From assembly GCA_038205935.1 (NCBI GenBank), contig JBBRBK010000038.1, positions 1 through 18,150 of the forward strand: a DNA stretch of 18,150 nucleotides. The letters are read 5' to 3'. The notes under the pieces were generated by a model. It saw nothing but the letters and a program-made list of their open reading frames with translations. It had not been told where the DNA came from and ran no database searches. Of this stretch, positions 17,642 to 18,150 are shown piece by piece; the stretch's first letter is position 1; each line of letters starts with the position of its first letter. This DNA comes from Campylobacterales bacterium (lineage in GTDB: Bacteria; Campylobacterota; Campylobacteria; Campylobacterales; Sulfurimonadaceae). A program made the translations under genes and the position numbers.

Positions 17642-18010
17642 TTTATATCCTTATGTTTTAAACTATATGGATTATATCTTATATTATCAAAATTGTTTAT
17701 GTAACTAAACTTTTAATTCGAAAATATTCTCAGAACTCATAAAAAGTATAATATATTTAGAACTTAGCTTTCGCATCTAAATCCAAGTAAATCTTGGGGT
17801 GGTATTTCGTAGTGTAGTATAGACTCTAAGAAAGGAAAACTGCTACTATTGTTACCAATTTCAAAGGTTTCAGATCACACTGATTTATATATTTTAAATC
17901 TACTATTACATATTGGTTAACATAACGTAAATTCTCTTGAAAAGCACTTCTTTTGAAATCAAGCCTAAAGCCACGCAATTTTGTAAAAAAATACAAAACC
18001 TTGGCATTAA

Positions 18011-18150
18011 GGGCACCTCTAAAAACCTACCTATATTTTTCTAAAAGCCCAAATTCGATAAAATAAAGATACAAATGTCATAAAGGTAAGGAGATTTTAA
18101 TGAGCAAAAAGAGCAGAGGGTTGTTTGACTATGAGTATCAGTTAGACTTG
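18011..18150 (+). mobile_element. Left end of an IS5-family insertion sequence (truncated by the window)
   Basis: GGGCACCTCTAAAAACC resembles a terminal inverted repeat and directly follows TTAA (YTAR-type target). A transposase-like start follows about 90 nt later. Confidence 0.6.
18100..18150 (+). CDS. N-terminus of a probable IS5-family transposase (partial)
   Basis: AAGGAG SD, then MSKKSRGLFDYEYQLDL. The GLFD..L pattern resembles IS5-group transposase starts. Only 17 codons are visible. Confidence 0.55.
   Translation, partial: MSKKSRGLFDYEYQLDL

Noticed and set aside
1..18150. CRISPR array, rRNA or prophage structural genes
   Set aside because: No regularly spaced repeats, rRNA-like sequence or phage hallmark proteins were seen.

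Overview
AT-rich bacterial chromosomal window. Gene content and promoter style suggest a sulfur-oxidising Campylobacterota such as Sulfurimonas or Sulfurovum (inference). The left 13 kb is a sulfur-handling region. It holds the 3' end of a flavocytochrome c sulfide dehydrogenase flavoprotein gene (fccB/soxF-like), a sufB-sufC-sufD-sufE-sufT operon with no sufS, and an orphan secreted Cys-repeat protein. Facing it on the minus strand is an assimilatory sulfate reduction operon: DUF4395-like, cysK, DUF2061-like, APS-reductase-type cysH, cysD, cysN, ferredoxin-type sulfite reductase and a cysteine-desulfurase-like PLP enzyme. After a small hypothetical gene comes a tRNA-Gly(TCC) whose T-arm is broken. 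Beyond it lies an island-like accessory stretch: SDR plus MarR with a clear operator, a Pif1-like helicase with a C-terminal HTH, a decayed serine resolvase start, a PemK/MazF toxin with an atypical antitoxin, and the left end of an IS5-family element. All family assignments come from motif recognition by eye. No database searches were run.
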